A DNA stretch of 64,000 nucleotides from Escherichia coli (GTDB lineage: Bacteria; Pseudomonadota; Gammaproteobacteria; Enterobacterales; Enterobacteriaceae): NCBI RefSeq assembly GCF_003334355.1, contig NZ_QOWP01000001.1; one strand, written 5' to 3'. Under the pieces are notes generated by a model that made no database searches, was not told the origin of the DNA, and saw only the letters and a program-made list of their open reading frames with translations. The first letter of the stretch is position 1. Each line of letters starts with the position of its first letter. This document shows, in pieces, positions 42,734 through 53,155 of the stretch. Position numbers and translations under genes: made by a program.

Positions 42734-43711
42734 ATGCTTTTAGCTACGGCACTGTTAATTGTTGGTTTACTTTTGGTCGTTTACAGTGCCGACCGCCTGG
42801 TTTTTGCCGCGTCTATTCTTTGCCGAACCTTTGGCATCCCGCCGCTGATCATCGGCATGACGGTGGTCAGTATTGGTACATCGTTACCAGAAGTCATCGT
42901 CTCGCTTGCCGCGTCTCTGCACGAACAACGCGATTTAGCCGTTGGTACAGCCCTCGGCTCAAACATTATCAATATATTGCTGATCCTCGGTCTGGCTGCG
43001 CTGGTTCGTCCTTTTACCGTCCATTCTGATGTTCTACGCCGTGAATTACCCTTAATGTTGTTGGTCAGCGTGGTGGCCGGTTCCGTACTCTATGACGGAC
43101 AACTTAGTCGCAGCGATGGTATCTTTCTCCTCTTTCTGGCTGTGCTATGGCTGCTGTTCATTGTTAAACTTGCACGTCAGGCTGAACGTCAGGGGACTGA
43201 CAGCCTGACCAGAGAGCAGCTTGCAGAGCTGCCGCGTGACGGCGGATTGCCCGTCGCGTTTTTATGGCTCGGCATTGCGCTTATCATCATGCCAGTGGCC
43301 ACGCGGATGGTGGTTGATAACGCCACGGTGCTGGCGAATTACTTTGCCATCAGCGAGTTGACGATGGGTCTGACGGCAATTGCTATCGGAACCAGCCTGC
43401 CGGAACTGGCAACCGCAATAGCGGGGGTTCGCAAAGGTGAAAACGACATTGCTGTCGGAAATATCATTGGCGCAAACATTTTTAATATTGTCATCGTGTT
43501 GGGTTTACCCGCGCTGATAACGCCAGGAGAGATTGATCCACTGGCGTACAGTCGTGACTACAGCGTGATGTTGCTGGTGAGCATTATTTTTGCGTTGCTG
43601 TGCTGGCGGCGCTCCCCGCAACCGGGCCGTGGTGTAGGGGTATTATTAACTGGCGGATTTATCGTATGGCTGGCGATGTTGTACTGGTTATCGCCAATAC
43701 TCGTTGAATAA
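42734..43711 (+). CDS. yrbG: CaCA-family cation antiporter YrbG, 325 aa
   Basis: ORF track 42734..43711; ATG verified; repeated GTSLPE alpha-repeat motifs. Confidence 0.9.
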   Translation: MLLATALLIVGLLLVVYSADRLVFAASILCRTFGIPPLIIGMTVVSIGTSLPEVIVSLAASLHEQRDLAVGTALGSNIINILLILGLAALVRPFTVHSDVLRRELPLMLLVSVVAGSVLYDGQLSRSDGIFLLFLAVLWLLFIVKLARQAERQGTDSLTREQLAELPRDGGLPVAFLWLGIALIIMPVATRMVVDNATVLANYFAISELTMGLTAIAIGTSLPELATAIAGVRKGENDIAVGNIIGANIFNIVIVLGLPALITPGEIDPLAYSRDYSVMLLVSIIFALLCWRRSPQPGRGVGVLLTGGFIVWLAMLYWLSPILVE

Positions 43712-43724
43712 CTGGAAACGCATT

Positions 43725-44711
43725 ATGTCGCACGTAGAGTTACAACCGGGTTTTGACTTTCAGCAAGCAGGTAAAGAAGTCCTGGCGATTGAACGTGAAT
43801 GCCTGGCGGAGCTTGATCAATACATCAATCAGAATTTCACGCTTGCCTGTGAAAAGATGTTCTGGTGTAAAGGGAAAGTTGTCGTCATGGGGATGGGAAA
43901 ATCGGGGCATATTGGGCGAAAAATGGCGGCAACGTTTGCCAGCACCGGTACACCTTCATTTTTCGTCCATCCTGGTGAAGCCGCGCATGGTGATTTAGGC
44001 ATGGTTACCCCACAGGATGTGGTGATTGCTATCTCTAACTCTGGTGAATCCAGCGAAATCACGGCCTTAATTCCAGTGCTTAAGCGTCTTCACGTACCGT
44101 TAATCTGCATCACCGGTCGCCCGGAGAGCAGCATGGCGCGCGCCGCAGATGTGCATCTGTGTGTTAAAGTAGCGAAAGAAGCCTGTCCGTTAGGGCTGGC
44201 ACCGACCAGCAGCACCACCGCCACGCTGGTTATGGGCGATGCCCTCGCTGTCGCGCTGTTAAAAGCACGCGGCTTTACTGCTGAAGATTTTGCGCTCTCA
44301 CACCCAGGCGGCGCACTGGGTCGTAAACTTCTGCTGCGCGTAAACGATATTATGCATACGGGCGATGAGATCCCGCATGTTAAGAAAACGGCCAGTCTGC
44401 GTGACGCATTGCTGGAAGTTACCCGCAAAAATCTTGGTATGACTGTCATTTGCGATGACAATATGATGATTGAAGGCATCTTTACCGACGGTGATTTACG
44501 CCGTGTCTTCGATATGGGCGTGGATGTTCGTCAGTTAAGTATTGCCGATGTGATGACGCCGGGGGGAATACGTGTGCGCCCTGGCATTCTGGCCGTTGAG
44601 GCACTGAACTTAATGCAGTCCCGCCATATCACCTCCGTGATGGTTGCCGATGGCGACCATTTACTCGGTGTGTTACATATGCATGATTTACTGCGTGCAG
44701 GCGTAGTGTAA
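43725..44711 (+). CDS. kdsD: D-arabinose 5-phosphate isomerase KdsD, 328 aa
   Basis: ORF track 43704..44711; trimmed to ATG giving MSHVELQPGFDFQQAGKEVL; SIS plus tandem CBS domains. Confidence 0.95.
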   Translation: MSHVELQPGFDFQQAGKEVLAIERECLAELDQYINQNFTLACEKMFWCKGKVVVMGMGKSGHIGRKMAATFASTGTPSFFVHPGEAAHGDLGMVTPQDVVIAISNSGESSEITALIPVLKRLHVPLICITGRPESSMARAADVHLCVKVAKEACPLGLAPTSSTTATLVMGDALAVALLKARGFTAEDFALSHPGGALGRKLLLRVNDIMHTGDEIPHVKKTASLRDALLEVTRKNLGMTVICDDNMMIEGIFTDGDLRRVFDMGVDVRQLSIADVMTPGGIRVRPGILAVEALNLMQSRHITSVMVADGDHLLGVLHMHDLLRAGVV

Positions 44712-44731
44712 AGATTCAAGGATAAACAACA

Positions 44732-45298
44732 ATGAGCAAAGCAGGTGCGTCGCTTGCGACCTGTTACGGCCCTGTCAGCGCCGACGTTATGGCAAAAGCA
44801 GAGAACATTCGTCTGCTGATCCTCGACGTTGATGGCGTACTGTCAGATGGCCTGATTTATATGGGCAATAACGGCGAAGAGCTGAAAGCGTTCAATGTTC
44901 GTGACGGTTATGGCATTCGTTGTGCGCTCACCTCTGATATTGAAGTCGCTATCATTACCGGGCGAAAGGCTAAACTGGTAGAAGATCGTTGTGCCACATT
45001 GGGGATCACTCACTTGTATCAGGGGCAGTCAAACAAACTGATCGCCTTTAGCGATCTGCTGGAAAAACTGGCGATTGCCCCGGAAAATGTGGCTTATGTC
45101 GGCGATGATCTCATCGACTGGCCGGTAATGGAAAAAGTGGGTTTAAGCGTCGCCGTGGCCGATGCGCATCCACTGTTGATCCCGCGCGCCGATTACGTGA
45201 CGCGCATTGCTGGCGGTCGTGGCGCAGTGCGCGAAGTTTGCGACTTATTACTCCTGGCGCAGGGCAAACTGGATGAAGCCAAAGGGCAATCGATATGA
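44732..45298 (+). CDS. kdsC: KDO 8-phosphate phosphatase KdsC, 188 aa
   Basis: ORF track 44732..45298; ATG verified; HAD-like DVDGVL motif. Confidence 0.95.
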   Translation: MSKAGASLATCYGPVSADVMAKAENIRLLILDVDGVLSDGLIYMGNNGEELKAFNVRDGYGIRCALTSDIEVAIITGRKAKLVEDRCATLGITHLYQGQSNKLIAFSDLLEKLAIAPENVAYVGDDLIDWPVMEKVGLSVAVADAHPLLIPRADYVTRIAGGRGAVREVCDLLLLAQGKLDEAKGQSI

Positions 45299-45870
45299 GT
45301 AAAGCCAGACGTTGGGTTACCATTGTGCTATCACTGGCGGTTCTGGTGATGATCGGCATTAATATGGCCGAAAAAGACGATACCGCCCAGGTGGTCGTCA
45401 ACAACAATGATCCCACCTATAAAAGCGAGCATACGGACACGCTCGTCTATAACCCAGAAGGGGCACTAAGCTATCGATTGATTGCTCAACACGTTGAATA
45501 TTATTCCGATCAGGCCGTTTCGTGGTTTACGCAGCCGGTACTTACCACGTTTGATAAGGATAAAATCCCGACATGGTCCGTAAAAGCAGATAAAGCCAAG
45601 CTGACCAATGACCGGATGCTCTATTTATATGGACACGTTGAAGTCAACGCACTTGTGCCGGACTCTCAACTTCGCAGAATCACGACGGATAACGCGCAGA
45701 TCAATCTGGTGACGCAGGATGTTACCTCTGAAGACCTCGTCACGTTATACGGAACAACATTTAACTCCAGCGGTCTGAAAATGCGCGGCAACTTACGCAG
45801 CAAGAACGCCGAGCTGATTGAAAAGGTTAGAACATCCTATGAAATTCAAAACAAACAAACTCAGCCTTAA
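45295..45870 (+). CDS. lptC: LPS export protein LptC, 191 aa
   Basis: ORF track 45295..45870; ATG verified; single N-terminal membrane anchor. Confidence 0.93.
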   Translation: MSKARRWVTIVLSLAVLVMIGINMAEKDDTAQVVVNNNDPTYKSEHTDTLVYNPEGALSYRLIAQHVEYYSDQAVSWFTQPVLTTFDKDKIPTWSVKADKAKLTNDRMLYLYGHVEVNALVPDSQLRRITTDNAQINLVTQDVTSEDLVTLYGTTFNSSGLKMRGNLRSKNAELIEKVRTSYEIQNKQTQP

Positions 45871-46396
45871 TCTTGTGCTTGCCAGCTCACTTCTGGCCGC
45901 CAGCATTCCGGCATTTGCCGTAACCGGAGACACTGATCAGCCGATCCACATTGAATCGGACCAGCAATCTCTTGATATGCAAGGCAACGTGGTTACCTTT
46001 ACCGGTAATGTCATCGTCACCCAGGGCACCATCAAAATTAATGCCGACAAAGTGGTCGTTACCCGTCCGGGCGGCGAACAAGGTAAAGAAGTGATTGACG
46101 GCTACGGTAAACCGGCAACGTTCTACCAGATGCAGGACAACGGTAAACCCGTTGAAGGTCACGCTTCCCAGATGCACTACGAACTGGCAAAAGATTTTGT
46201 CGTTCTGACGGGTAATGCTTATCTGCAGCAGGTCGATAGCAACATTAAGGGCGATAAGATCACTTACCTGGTGAAAGAGCAGAAAATGCAGGCTTTCAGC
46301 GACAAAGGCAAGCGCGTAACCACCGTTCTGGTGCCGTCGCAGCTGCAGGATAAAAACAACAAAGGCCAGACCCCGGCACAGAAGAAGGGTAATTAA
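45839..46396 (+). CDS. lptA: Periplasmic LPS transport protein LptA, 185 aa
   Basis: ORF track 45818..46396; trimmed to ATG giving MKFKTNKLSLNLVLASSLLAASIPAFA (signal peptide). Confidence 0.93.
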   Translation: MKFKTNKLSLNLVLASSLLAASIPAFAVTGDTDQPIHIESDQQSLDMQGNVVTFTGNVIVTQGTIKINADKVVVTRPGGEQGKEVIDGYGKPATFYQMQDNGKPVEGHASQMHYELAKDFVVLTGNAYLQQVDSNIKGDKITYLVKEQKMQAFSDKGKRVTTVLVPSQLQDKNNKGQTPAQKKGN

Positions 46397-46402
46397 TTCG
46401 TT

Positions 46403-47128
46403 ATGGCAACATTAACTGCAAAGAACCTTGCAAAAGCCTATAAAGGCCGTCGCGTGGTAGAAGACGTCAGCCTGACCGTCAACTCCGGGGAAATCGTCGG
46501 TCTGCTGGGGCCAAACGGTGCCGGTAAGACCACCACTTTCTACATGGTTGTAGGCATTGTGCCGCGCGATGCGGGCAACATCATTATTGATGATGACGAT
46601 ATCAGTCTGCTGCCACTGCATGCACGCGCGCGCCGCGGTATCGGCTATCTGCCACAGGAAGCCTCCATTTTCCGTCGCCTCAGCGTTTACGATAACCTGA
46701 TGGCGGTACTGCAAATTCGTGACGACTTGTCTGCTGAACAACGTGAAGACCGCGCGAACGAGCTGATGGAAGAGTTTCACATTGAGCACCTGCGTGACAG
46801 CATGGGGCAGTCACTCTCCGGGGGTGAACGTCGCCGTGTAGAAATTGCCCGCGCACTGGCTGCGAATCCGAAATTTATTCTGCTCGACGAACCGTTTGCC
46901 GGGGTTGACCCGATCTCGGTTATCGACATTAAACGCATCATTGAGCACCTGCGCGACAGCGGCCTGGGCGTGCTGATCACTGACCACAACGTGCGTGAAA
47001 CACTGGCGGTTTGTGAACGCGCTTATATCGTCAGTCAGGGGCATTTGATCGCCCACGGCACGCCTACAGAAATCTTACAAGACGAACACGTTAAGCGTGT
47101 ATACCTTGGGGAAGACTTCAGACTCTGA
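46403..47128 (+). CDS. lptB: LPS export ABC transporter ATP-binding protein LptB, 241 aa
   Basis: ORF track 46403..47128; ATG verified; Walker [10 protein letters not shown]. Confidence 0.97.
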
Positions 47129-47175
47129 TAGGGTAGAAGTTTGCGACGTTTTAGCAGGAGAGTACGATTCTGAAC

Positions 47176-48609
47176 ATGAAGCAAGGTTTGCAACTCAGGC
47201 TTAGCCAACAACTGGCGATGACGCCACAGCTCCAACAGGCAATTCGTCTGTTGCAGTTGTCGACGCTGGAACTTCAGCAGGAGCTACAGCAGGCGCTGGA
47301 GAGTAATCCGCTGCTTGAGCAAATCGACACTCATGAAGAAATCGACACCCGCGAAACGCAAGACAGTGAAACGCTGGACACCGCCGACGCGCTCGAACAA
47401 AAAGAGATGCCGGAAGAGCTGCCGCTCGATGCCAGTTGGGACACCATTTACACCGCTGGTACACCATCCGGCACCAGCGGTGACTACATTGACGATGAGC
47501 TGCCGGTCTATCAGGGCGAAACGACGCAGACCTTGCAGGATTACCTGATGTGGCAGGTCGAGCTGACACCGTTTTCCGACACTGACCGCGCTATTGCTAC
47601 CTCTATCGTCGATGCCGTTGATGACACCGGTTATCTGACTGTCCCGCTGGAAGATATTCTCGAAAGTATGGGCGATGAAGAGATCGACATCGACGAGGTT
47701 GAAGCCGTCCTTAAGCGGATCCAACGGTTTGATCCGGTCGGTGTAGCGGCAAAAGATCTGCGTGACTGCCTGCTAATCCAACTCTCCCAATTCGATAAAA
47801 CCACGCCGTGGCTGGAAGAGGCCAGATTGATCATTAGCGATCATCTCGATCTGTTAGCCAATCACGACTTCCGCACTTTAATGCGCGTCACGCGTCTGAA
47901 AGAAGATGTGCTGAAAGAAGCCGTCAATCTGATCCAGTCGCTCGATCCGCGCCCCGGGCAGTCGATCCAGACTGGCGAACCTGAGTATGTCATTCCAGAT
48001 GTGCTGGTGCGTAAGCATAACGGTCACTGGACAGTAGAACTCAACAGTGACAGCATTCCGCGTCTGCAAATCAACCAGCACTACGCCTCGATGTGCAATA
48101 ACGCTCGCAATGATGGTGACAGCCAGTTTATCCGCAGCAATCTGCAGGATGCCAAATGGTTGATCAAGAGTCTGGAAAGCCGTAACGATACGCTACTGCG
48201 CGTGAGTCGCTGTATCGTTGAACAGCAGCAAGCCTTCTTTGAGCAAGGCGAAGAATATATGAAACCGATGGTACTGGCCGATATCGCCCAGGCTGTCGAA
48301 ATGCATGAATCGACGATATCTCGCGTGACCACGCAAAAATACCTGCATAGTCCACGAGGCATTTTTGAACTGAAGTATTTCTTTTCCAGTCACGTCAATA
48401 CCGAGGGCGGCGGCGAAGCTTCCTCCACGGCGATTCGTGCGCTGGTGAAGAAATTAATCGCGGCGGAAAACCCAGCGAAACCGTTGAGCGACAGCAAGTT
48501 AACCTCTTTGCTGTCGGAACAAGGTATCATGGTGGCACGCCGCACTGTTGCGAAGTACCGAGAGTCTTTATCCATTCCGCCGTCAAACCAGCGTAAACAA
48601 CTCGTTTGA
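47176..48609 (+). CDS. rpoN: RNA polymerase sigma-54 factor, 477 aa
   Basis: ORF track 47176..48609; ATG verified; Gln-rich N-terminus and C-terminal RpoN box [10 protein letters not shown]. Confidence 0.97.
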   Translation: MKQGLQLRLSQQLAMTPQLQQAIRLLQLSTLELQQELQQALESNPLLEQIDTHEEIDTRETQDSETLDTADALEQKEMPEELPLDASWDTIYTAGTPSGTSGDYIDDELPVYQGETTQTLQDYLMWQVELTPFSDTDRAIATSIVDAVDDTGYLTVPLEDILESMGDEEIDIDEVEAVLKRIQRFDPVGVAAKDLRDCLLIQLSQFDKTTPWLEEARLIISDHLDLLANHDFRTLMRVTRLKEDVLKEAVNLIQSLDPRPGQSIQTGEPEYVIPDVLVRKHNGHWTVELNSDSIPRLQINQHYASMCNNARNDGDSQFIRSNLQDAKWLIKSLESRNDTLLRVSRCIVEQQQAFFEQGEEYMKPMVLADIAQAVEMHESTISRVTTQKYLHSPRGIFELKYFFSSHVNTEGGGEASSTAIRALVKKLIAAENPAKPLSDSKLTSLLSEQGIMVARRTVAKYRESLSIPPSNQRKQLV

Positions 48610-48631
48610 CCCAACCGATAAGGAAGACACT

Positions 48632-48919
48632 ATGCAGCTCAACATTACCGGAAATAACGTCGAGATCACCGAGGCACTGCGCGAATTTGTTACAGCCAAA
48701 TTTGCCAAACTTGAGCAATATTTTGACCGAATCAACCAGGTCTATGTTGTTCTGAAAGTGGAGAAAGTCACCCACACCTCAGATGCAACACTGCATGTAA
48801 ACGGTGGTGAAATTCATGCCAGCGCGGAAGGTCAGGACATGTACGCTGCCATTGATGGCTTAATTGATAAGCTGGCACGCCAGTTGACCAAACATAAAGA
48901 TAAACTGAAACAACACTAA
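48632..48919 (+). CDS. hpf: Ribosome hibernation promoting factor, 95 aa
   Basis: ORF track 48548..48919; trimmed to ATG giving MQLNITGNNVEITEALREFV. Confidence 0.95.
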   Translation: MQLNITGNNVEITEALREFVTAKFAKLEQYFDRINQVYVVLKVEKVTHTSDATLHVNGGEIHASAEGQDMYAAIDGLIDKLARQLTKHKDKLKQH

Positions 48920-49036
48920 TTGTCCGGGCAATTAGCATGTGCATGGCGGCCTGTTGTGCGGCACAACGGGCCATTTGTACGGTTAATGCTCCGAGCCTGT
49001 TCCACTGTTTGAGTGGGCAGGTTCTTAGGTGAAATT

Positions 49037-49528
49037 ATGACAAATAATGATACAACTCTACAGCTTAGCAGTGTTCTTAACAGGGAATGTACGCGAAGCC
49101 GCGTCCACTGTCAGAGCAAAAAACGCGCCCTGGAAATCATCAGCGAGCTGGCGGCGAAACAACTTAGCCTGCCGCCTCAGGTGGTTTTTGAAGCTATCCT
49201 GACGCGGGAAAAAATGGGCAGTACCGGTATCGGCAATGGTATTGCAATTCCGCATGGCAAACTGGAAGAAGATACTCTGCGTGCCGTTGGCGTTTTCGTT
49301 CAGCTCGAAACGCCTATAGCTTTCGATGCCATCGACAACCAACCGGTGGACTTACTTTTTGCCCTGCTGGTGCCGGCAGACCAAACTAAAACGCACCTGC
49401 ATACTCTGTCGCTGGTGGCGAAACGTCTGGCGGACAAAACCATCTGCCGCCGTTTACGCGCAGCCCAGAGCGATGAAGAGCTATATCAAATCATTACGGA
49501 TACCGAAGGTACTCCGGATGAAGCGTAG
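49037..49528 (+). CDS. ptsN: Nitrogen-related PTS enzyme IIA (EIIA-Ntr), 163 aa
   Basis: ORF track 49013..49528; trimmed to ATG giving MTNNDTTLQLSSVL; phosphorylatable His in GIAIPHG. Confidence 0.95.
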   Translation: MTNNDTTLQLSSVLNRECTRSRVHCQSKKRALEIISELAAKQLSLPPQVVFEAILTREKMGSTGIGNGIAIPHGKLEEDTLRAVGVFVQLETPIAFDAIDNQPVDLLFALLVPADQTKTHLHTLSLVAKRLADKTICRRLRAAQSDEELYQIITDTEGTPDEA

Positions 49529-49573
49529 TTATTCGGTAATGTCTCTTTTAGACGTTGTGAGGAGAAACAGTAC

Positions 49574-50428
49574 ATGGTACTGATGATCGTCAGCGGACGT
49601 TCAGGTTCAGGTAAATCTGTCGCCCTGCGTGCGCTGGAAGATATGGGTTTTTACTGCGTGGATAACCTTCCCGTAGTGTTGTTACCCGATCTGGCTCGAA
49701 CCCTGGCCGATCGCGAGATTTCTGCCGCCGTCAGCATTGATGTTCGTAATATGCCGGAGTCACCAGAAATATTCGAACAGGCGATGAGTAACCTGCCTGA
49801 CGCTTTCTCACCGCAACTACTGTTCCTGGATGCCGACCGTAATACCTTAATTCGTCGTTACAGTGACACGCGCCGACTGCATCCGCTTTCCAGCAAAAAC
49901 CTGTCGCTGGAAAGTGCTATCGACAAAGAAAGCGATCTGCTGGAGCCTCTGCGTTCGCGAGCGGATCTGATTGTCGATACCTCAGAAATGTCCGTTCACG
50001 AGCTGGCTGAAATGCTGCGTACCCGTCTGCTGGGTAAACGTGAACGCGAACTGACAATGGTCTTTGAGTCTTTCGGCTTCAAACACGGTATCCCTATCGA
50101 TGCAGATTACGTCTTTGACGTGCGCTTCTTGCCGAACCCGCACTGGGATCCGAAACTGCGTCCAATGACAGGTCTTGATAAGCCTGTCGCCGCGTTCCTC
50201 GACCGCCACACAGAAGTACACAATTTTATCTACCAGACGCGAAGCTATCTTGAGCTATGGTTACCTATGCTGGAAACCAACAACCGTAGCTACCTGACGG
50301 TCGCCATTGGTTGTACCGGCGGGAAGCACCGTTCGGTGTATATTGCAGAGCAACTGGCTGACTACTTCCGCTCGCGCGGTAAAAACGTCCAGTCACGCCA
50401 TCGTACGCTGGAAAAACGTAAACCATGA
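49574..50428 (+). CDS. rapZ: RNase adapter protein RapZ (YhbJ), 284 aa
   Basis: ORF track 49574..50428; ATG verified; Walker A GRSGSGKS. Confidence 0.95.
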
Positions 50429-50697
50429 CCGTCAAGCAAACTGTTGAAATCACAAACAAGCTGGGCATGCATGCCCGGCCTGCAATGAAGCTGTTTGAAT
50501 TAATGCAGGGTTTTGACGCTGAAGTGCTGTTACGTAATGACGAAGGCACCGAGGCTGAAGCCAACAGCGTTATTGCGCTGCTGATGTTGGATTCTGCCAA
50601 AGGACGGCAGATTGAAGTTGAAGCGACCGGTCCACAAGAAGAGGAAGCACTGGCCGCCGTTATCGCCCTCTTTAACTCTGGTTTTGATGAAGATTAA
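50425..50697 (+). CDS. ptsO: Phosphocarrier protein NPr, 90 aa
   Basis: ORF track 50425..50697; HPr-like fold, ATG overlaps rapZ stop. Confidence 0.95.
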
Positions 50698-50842
50698 TCT
50701 TCATCACTTTGACATTCAAATCCCTTCAAGCTCCCCCGGCAATAAGAAAAGCGCGTACTGAAATCGTTCTCAATCAACGTCATTTGTACATTTTGTGCGC
50801 TTTTCACTTTCAGAAGAACCTTAAGAAAACCTTAAGAAGCAT

Positions 50843-50859
50843 TGTTTAGGTTTTGTTTA
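50843..50859 (+). promoter_or_regulatory. Candidate PhoP box upstream of yrbL
   Basis: TGTTTA-GGTTT-TGTTTA direct hexamer repeat with 5-nt spacer, about 50 bp upstream of the yrbL ATG; yrbL is a known PhoP-activated gene. Confidence 0.55.
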
Positions 50860-50909
50860 AGTTAATCGACCATACTGGAGATCGTCAGAAAATATTTCCA
50901 GGAGATGGC

Positions 50910-51542
50910 ATGATTCGCTTATCTGAACAAAGTCCCCTGGGCACCGGAAGACATCGGAAATGTTATGCGCATCCGGAAGATGCCCAACGCTGTATCAAGA
51001 TTGTCTACCATCGTGGCGATGGTGGCGATAAAGAGATCCGCCGTGAGTTAAAGTATTACGCGCATCTTGGTCGTCGGTTAAAAGACTGGAGTGGAATACC
51101 GCGCTATCACGGTACCGTTGAGACGGATTGCGGAACCGGTTATGTCTACGATGTGATTGCCGATTTCGACGGCAAGCCCTCCATTACGCTGACCGAATTT
51201 GCTGAACAATGCCGTTACGAAGAAGACGTTGCACAACTGCGCCAGTTACTGAAACAGCTGAAGCGTTATTTGCAGGATAACCGTATCGTGACGATGTCGC
51301 TGAAGCCGCAGAATATCCTCTGTCATCGCATCAGTGAGTCAGAGGTTATCCCCGTCGTCTGCGACAACATTGGTGAAAGCACATTGATTCCACTGGCAAC
51401 CTGGTCGAAGTGGTGTTGTCTGCGTAAGCAAGAGCGGTTATGGAAACGATTTATCGCCCAACCGGCGCTGGCTATTGCCCTGCAGAAAGATCTGCAACCT
51501 CGTGAGAGCAAAACGCTGGCCCTCACTTCGCGCGAAGCTTAA
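50910..51542 (+). CDS. yrbL: PhoP-regulated protein YrbL (kinase-like fold), 210 aa
   Basis: ORF track 50853..51542; trimmed to ATG giving [24 protein letters not shown]. Confidence 0.85.
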   Translation: MIRLSEQSPLGTGRHRKCYAHPEDAQRCIKIVYHRGDGGDKEIRRELKYYAHLGRRLKDWSGIPRYHGTVETDCGTGYVYDVIADFDGKPSITLTEFAEQCRYEEDVAQLRQLLKQLKRYLQDNRIVTMSLKPQNILCHRISESEVIPVVCDNIGESTLIPLATWSKWCCLRKQERLWKRFIAQPALAIALQKDLQPRESKTLALTSREA

Positions 51543-52267
51543 TCCAGCTGGTGTTGTTGCATAAACGGCTCACCGCCTAACTGATACATCTGCCGTAAAA
51601 TCCACGCCTGACGGCTATGCACGTAGCCCGATGGCGCGGAGACTTTGAAACGACGTGGATTAGGTAATACAGCTGCCAGTAATGCAGCTTCCGATCGGGT
51701 AAGTTTGCTCGCGGGTTTGTGGAAATAACGTTGTGCCGCAGCTTCGACGCCAAACACACCGTCGCCAAATTCGGCGATATTCAGGTAAACCGTCAGGATA
51801 CGCTTTTTGCTCCAGACCGTTTCTATCCCCAGCGTTAATCCAGCTTCCAGCCCTTTTCGTACCCAGCTACGCCCATCCCATAAAAAGAGATTTTTGGCTG
51901 TCTGCTGAGAAATCGTTGATGCACCGCGAATACGGTTTTCATTGCGCTCGTTGTGCGCCAGGGCTTTCTCAATGGAAGCGACATCAAAGCCCCAGTGCTC
52001 AGGAAATTTCTGATCTTCTGCGGCAATCACCGCCAGTCCCATCCATGGCGAGATTTGATCCATACTGACCCAGTCAGAATGTGCCACGTAACGAAAATTG
52101 CCATGCAGCCAGGCGCTGACCTGTCGCTCGACCATTACCGCTGAGAAGGGAACAGGCGCAACGCTAAACAACGCGATGCCCCCGCCCCAGAAAACGGCGA
52201 GGACAACCATTAACCGCAAAAGAAAACGGCGAACGAAACTAAACACCGTTAAGCGGCTTTTACTCAT
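51539..52267 (-). CDS. mtgA: Monofunctional biosynthetic peptidoglycan transglycosylase, 242 aa
   Basis: ORF track 51539..52267; ATG verified; N-terminal membrane anchor and GT51 transglycosylase motifs. Confidence 0.95.
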   Translation of the reverse strand: MSKSRLTVFSFVRRFLLRLMVVLAVFWGGGIALFSVAPVPFSAVMVERQVSAWLHGNFRYVAHSDWVSMDQISPWMGLAVIAAEDQKFPEHWGFDVASIEKALAHNERNENRIRGASTISQQTAKNLFLWDGRSWVRKGLEAGLTLGIETVWSKKRILTVYLNIAEFGDGVFGVEAAAQRYFHKPASKLTRSEAALLAAVLPNPRRFKVSAPSGYVHSRQAWILRQMYQLGGEPFMQQHQLD

Positions 52268-52917
52268 TCAGCCAGAACCAGCACGCGGGATACCAGCTTA
52301 TCAATGCCGCTCGCCGCTTCTGCAATGTTCTGCGCCAGCATATATGCTGGGGTGGTGACAATCTTATTGTCTTCATCAACCACGATATCATCGACAGGAC
52401 AGGGCACATGCTCCGCGCCCATCTCTTCCAGCACTTCTGCGGTATCGATATCAGTACCGATGGTCAAACGCAGCGGGAAATCGAAAATTTTCGGCAGCAT
52501 CGCCGGGGCAATACACATAAAACCAAGCGGTTTTCCGGCCTGATGCATCGCTTGTGCCAGCGCCTTTAATTCACGGTCAACGGTGCATTCGCTACCAAGA
52601 CTGGCAAAATTGCTTAAATTCTTCGCCGCGCCAAACCCCCCCGGCACAATCAACGCATCCAGTTCAGCGGCATCGGCCTGGGCCAGAGGACGGATTTCAC
52701 CGCGCGTTATTCGTGCCGCTTCAATCAGCACATTGCGCGTTTCCGTCATCGCCTCGCCAGTTAAATGGTTGATAACATCAACCTGCTGCTTATCCGGTGC
52801 AAAGCAGACCGCCTGCGCACCGCTGCGTGAAATAGCTAACAACGTCAACACCGCTTCATGAATTTCAGAACCGTCATAGACGCCGCATCCGCTCAGAATT
52901 ACGCCAATTTTCTTCAT
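52264..52917 (-). CDS. elbB: DJ-1/PfpI-like protein ElbB (YhbL), 217 aa
   Basis: ORF track 52264..52926; second in-frame ATG gives [16 protein letters not shown]; stop overlaps mtgA start. Confidence 0.92.
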   Translation of the reverse strand: MKKIGVILSGCGVYDGSEIHEAVLTLLAISRSGAQAVCFAPDKQQVDVINHLTGEAMTETRNVLIEAARITRGEIRPLAQADAAELDALIVPGGFGAAKNLSNFASLGSECTVDRELKALAQAMHQAGKPLGFMCIAPAMLPKIFDFPLRLTIGTDIDTAEVLEEMGAEHVPCPVDDIVVDEDNKIVTTPAYMLAQNIAEAASGIDKLVSRVLVLAE

Positions 52918-53034
52918 TGTGATCATCCTTTCGCAATTGACTGAAACACATTAATTTTTTTAATAAAAATGGTACGCATCACACATTTAACTGATTCATG
53001 TAACAAATCATTTAAGTTTTGCTATCTTAACTGC

Positions 53035-53155
53035 GTGCGGCCTGAAAAACAGTGCTGTGCCCTTGTAACTCATCATAATAATTTACGGCGCAGCCAAGTT
53101 TTCCCTGGTGTTGGCGCAGTATTCGCGCACCCCGGTCTAGCCGGGGTCATTTTTT
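53035..53155 (+). ncRNA. arcZ: ArcZ sRNA (RyhA/SraH)
   Basis: gtgcggcctgaaaaacagtgctgtgcccttgtaactcatcataataatttacggcgcagccaag...gcgcaccccggtctagccggggtcatttttt matches recalled ArcZ sequence; terminal hairpin plus U-run overlaps the arcB stop on the opposite strand. Confidence 0.85.
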
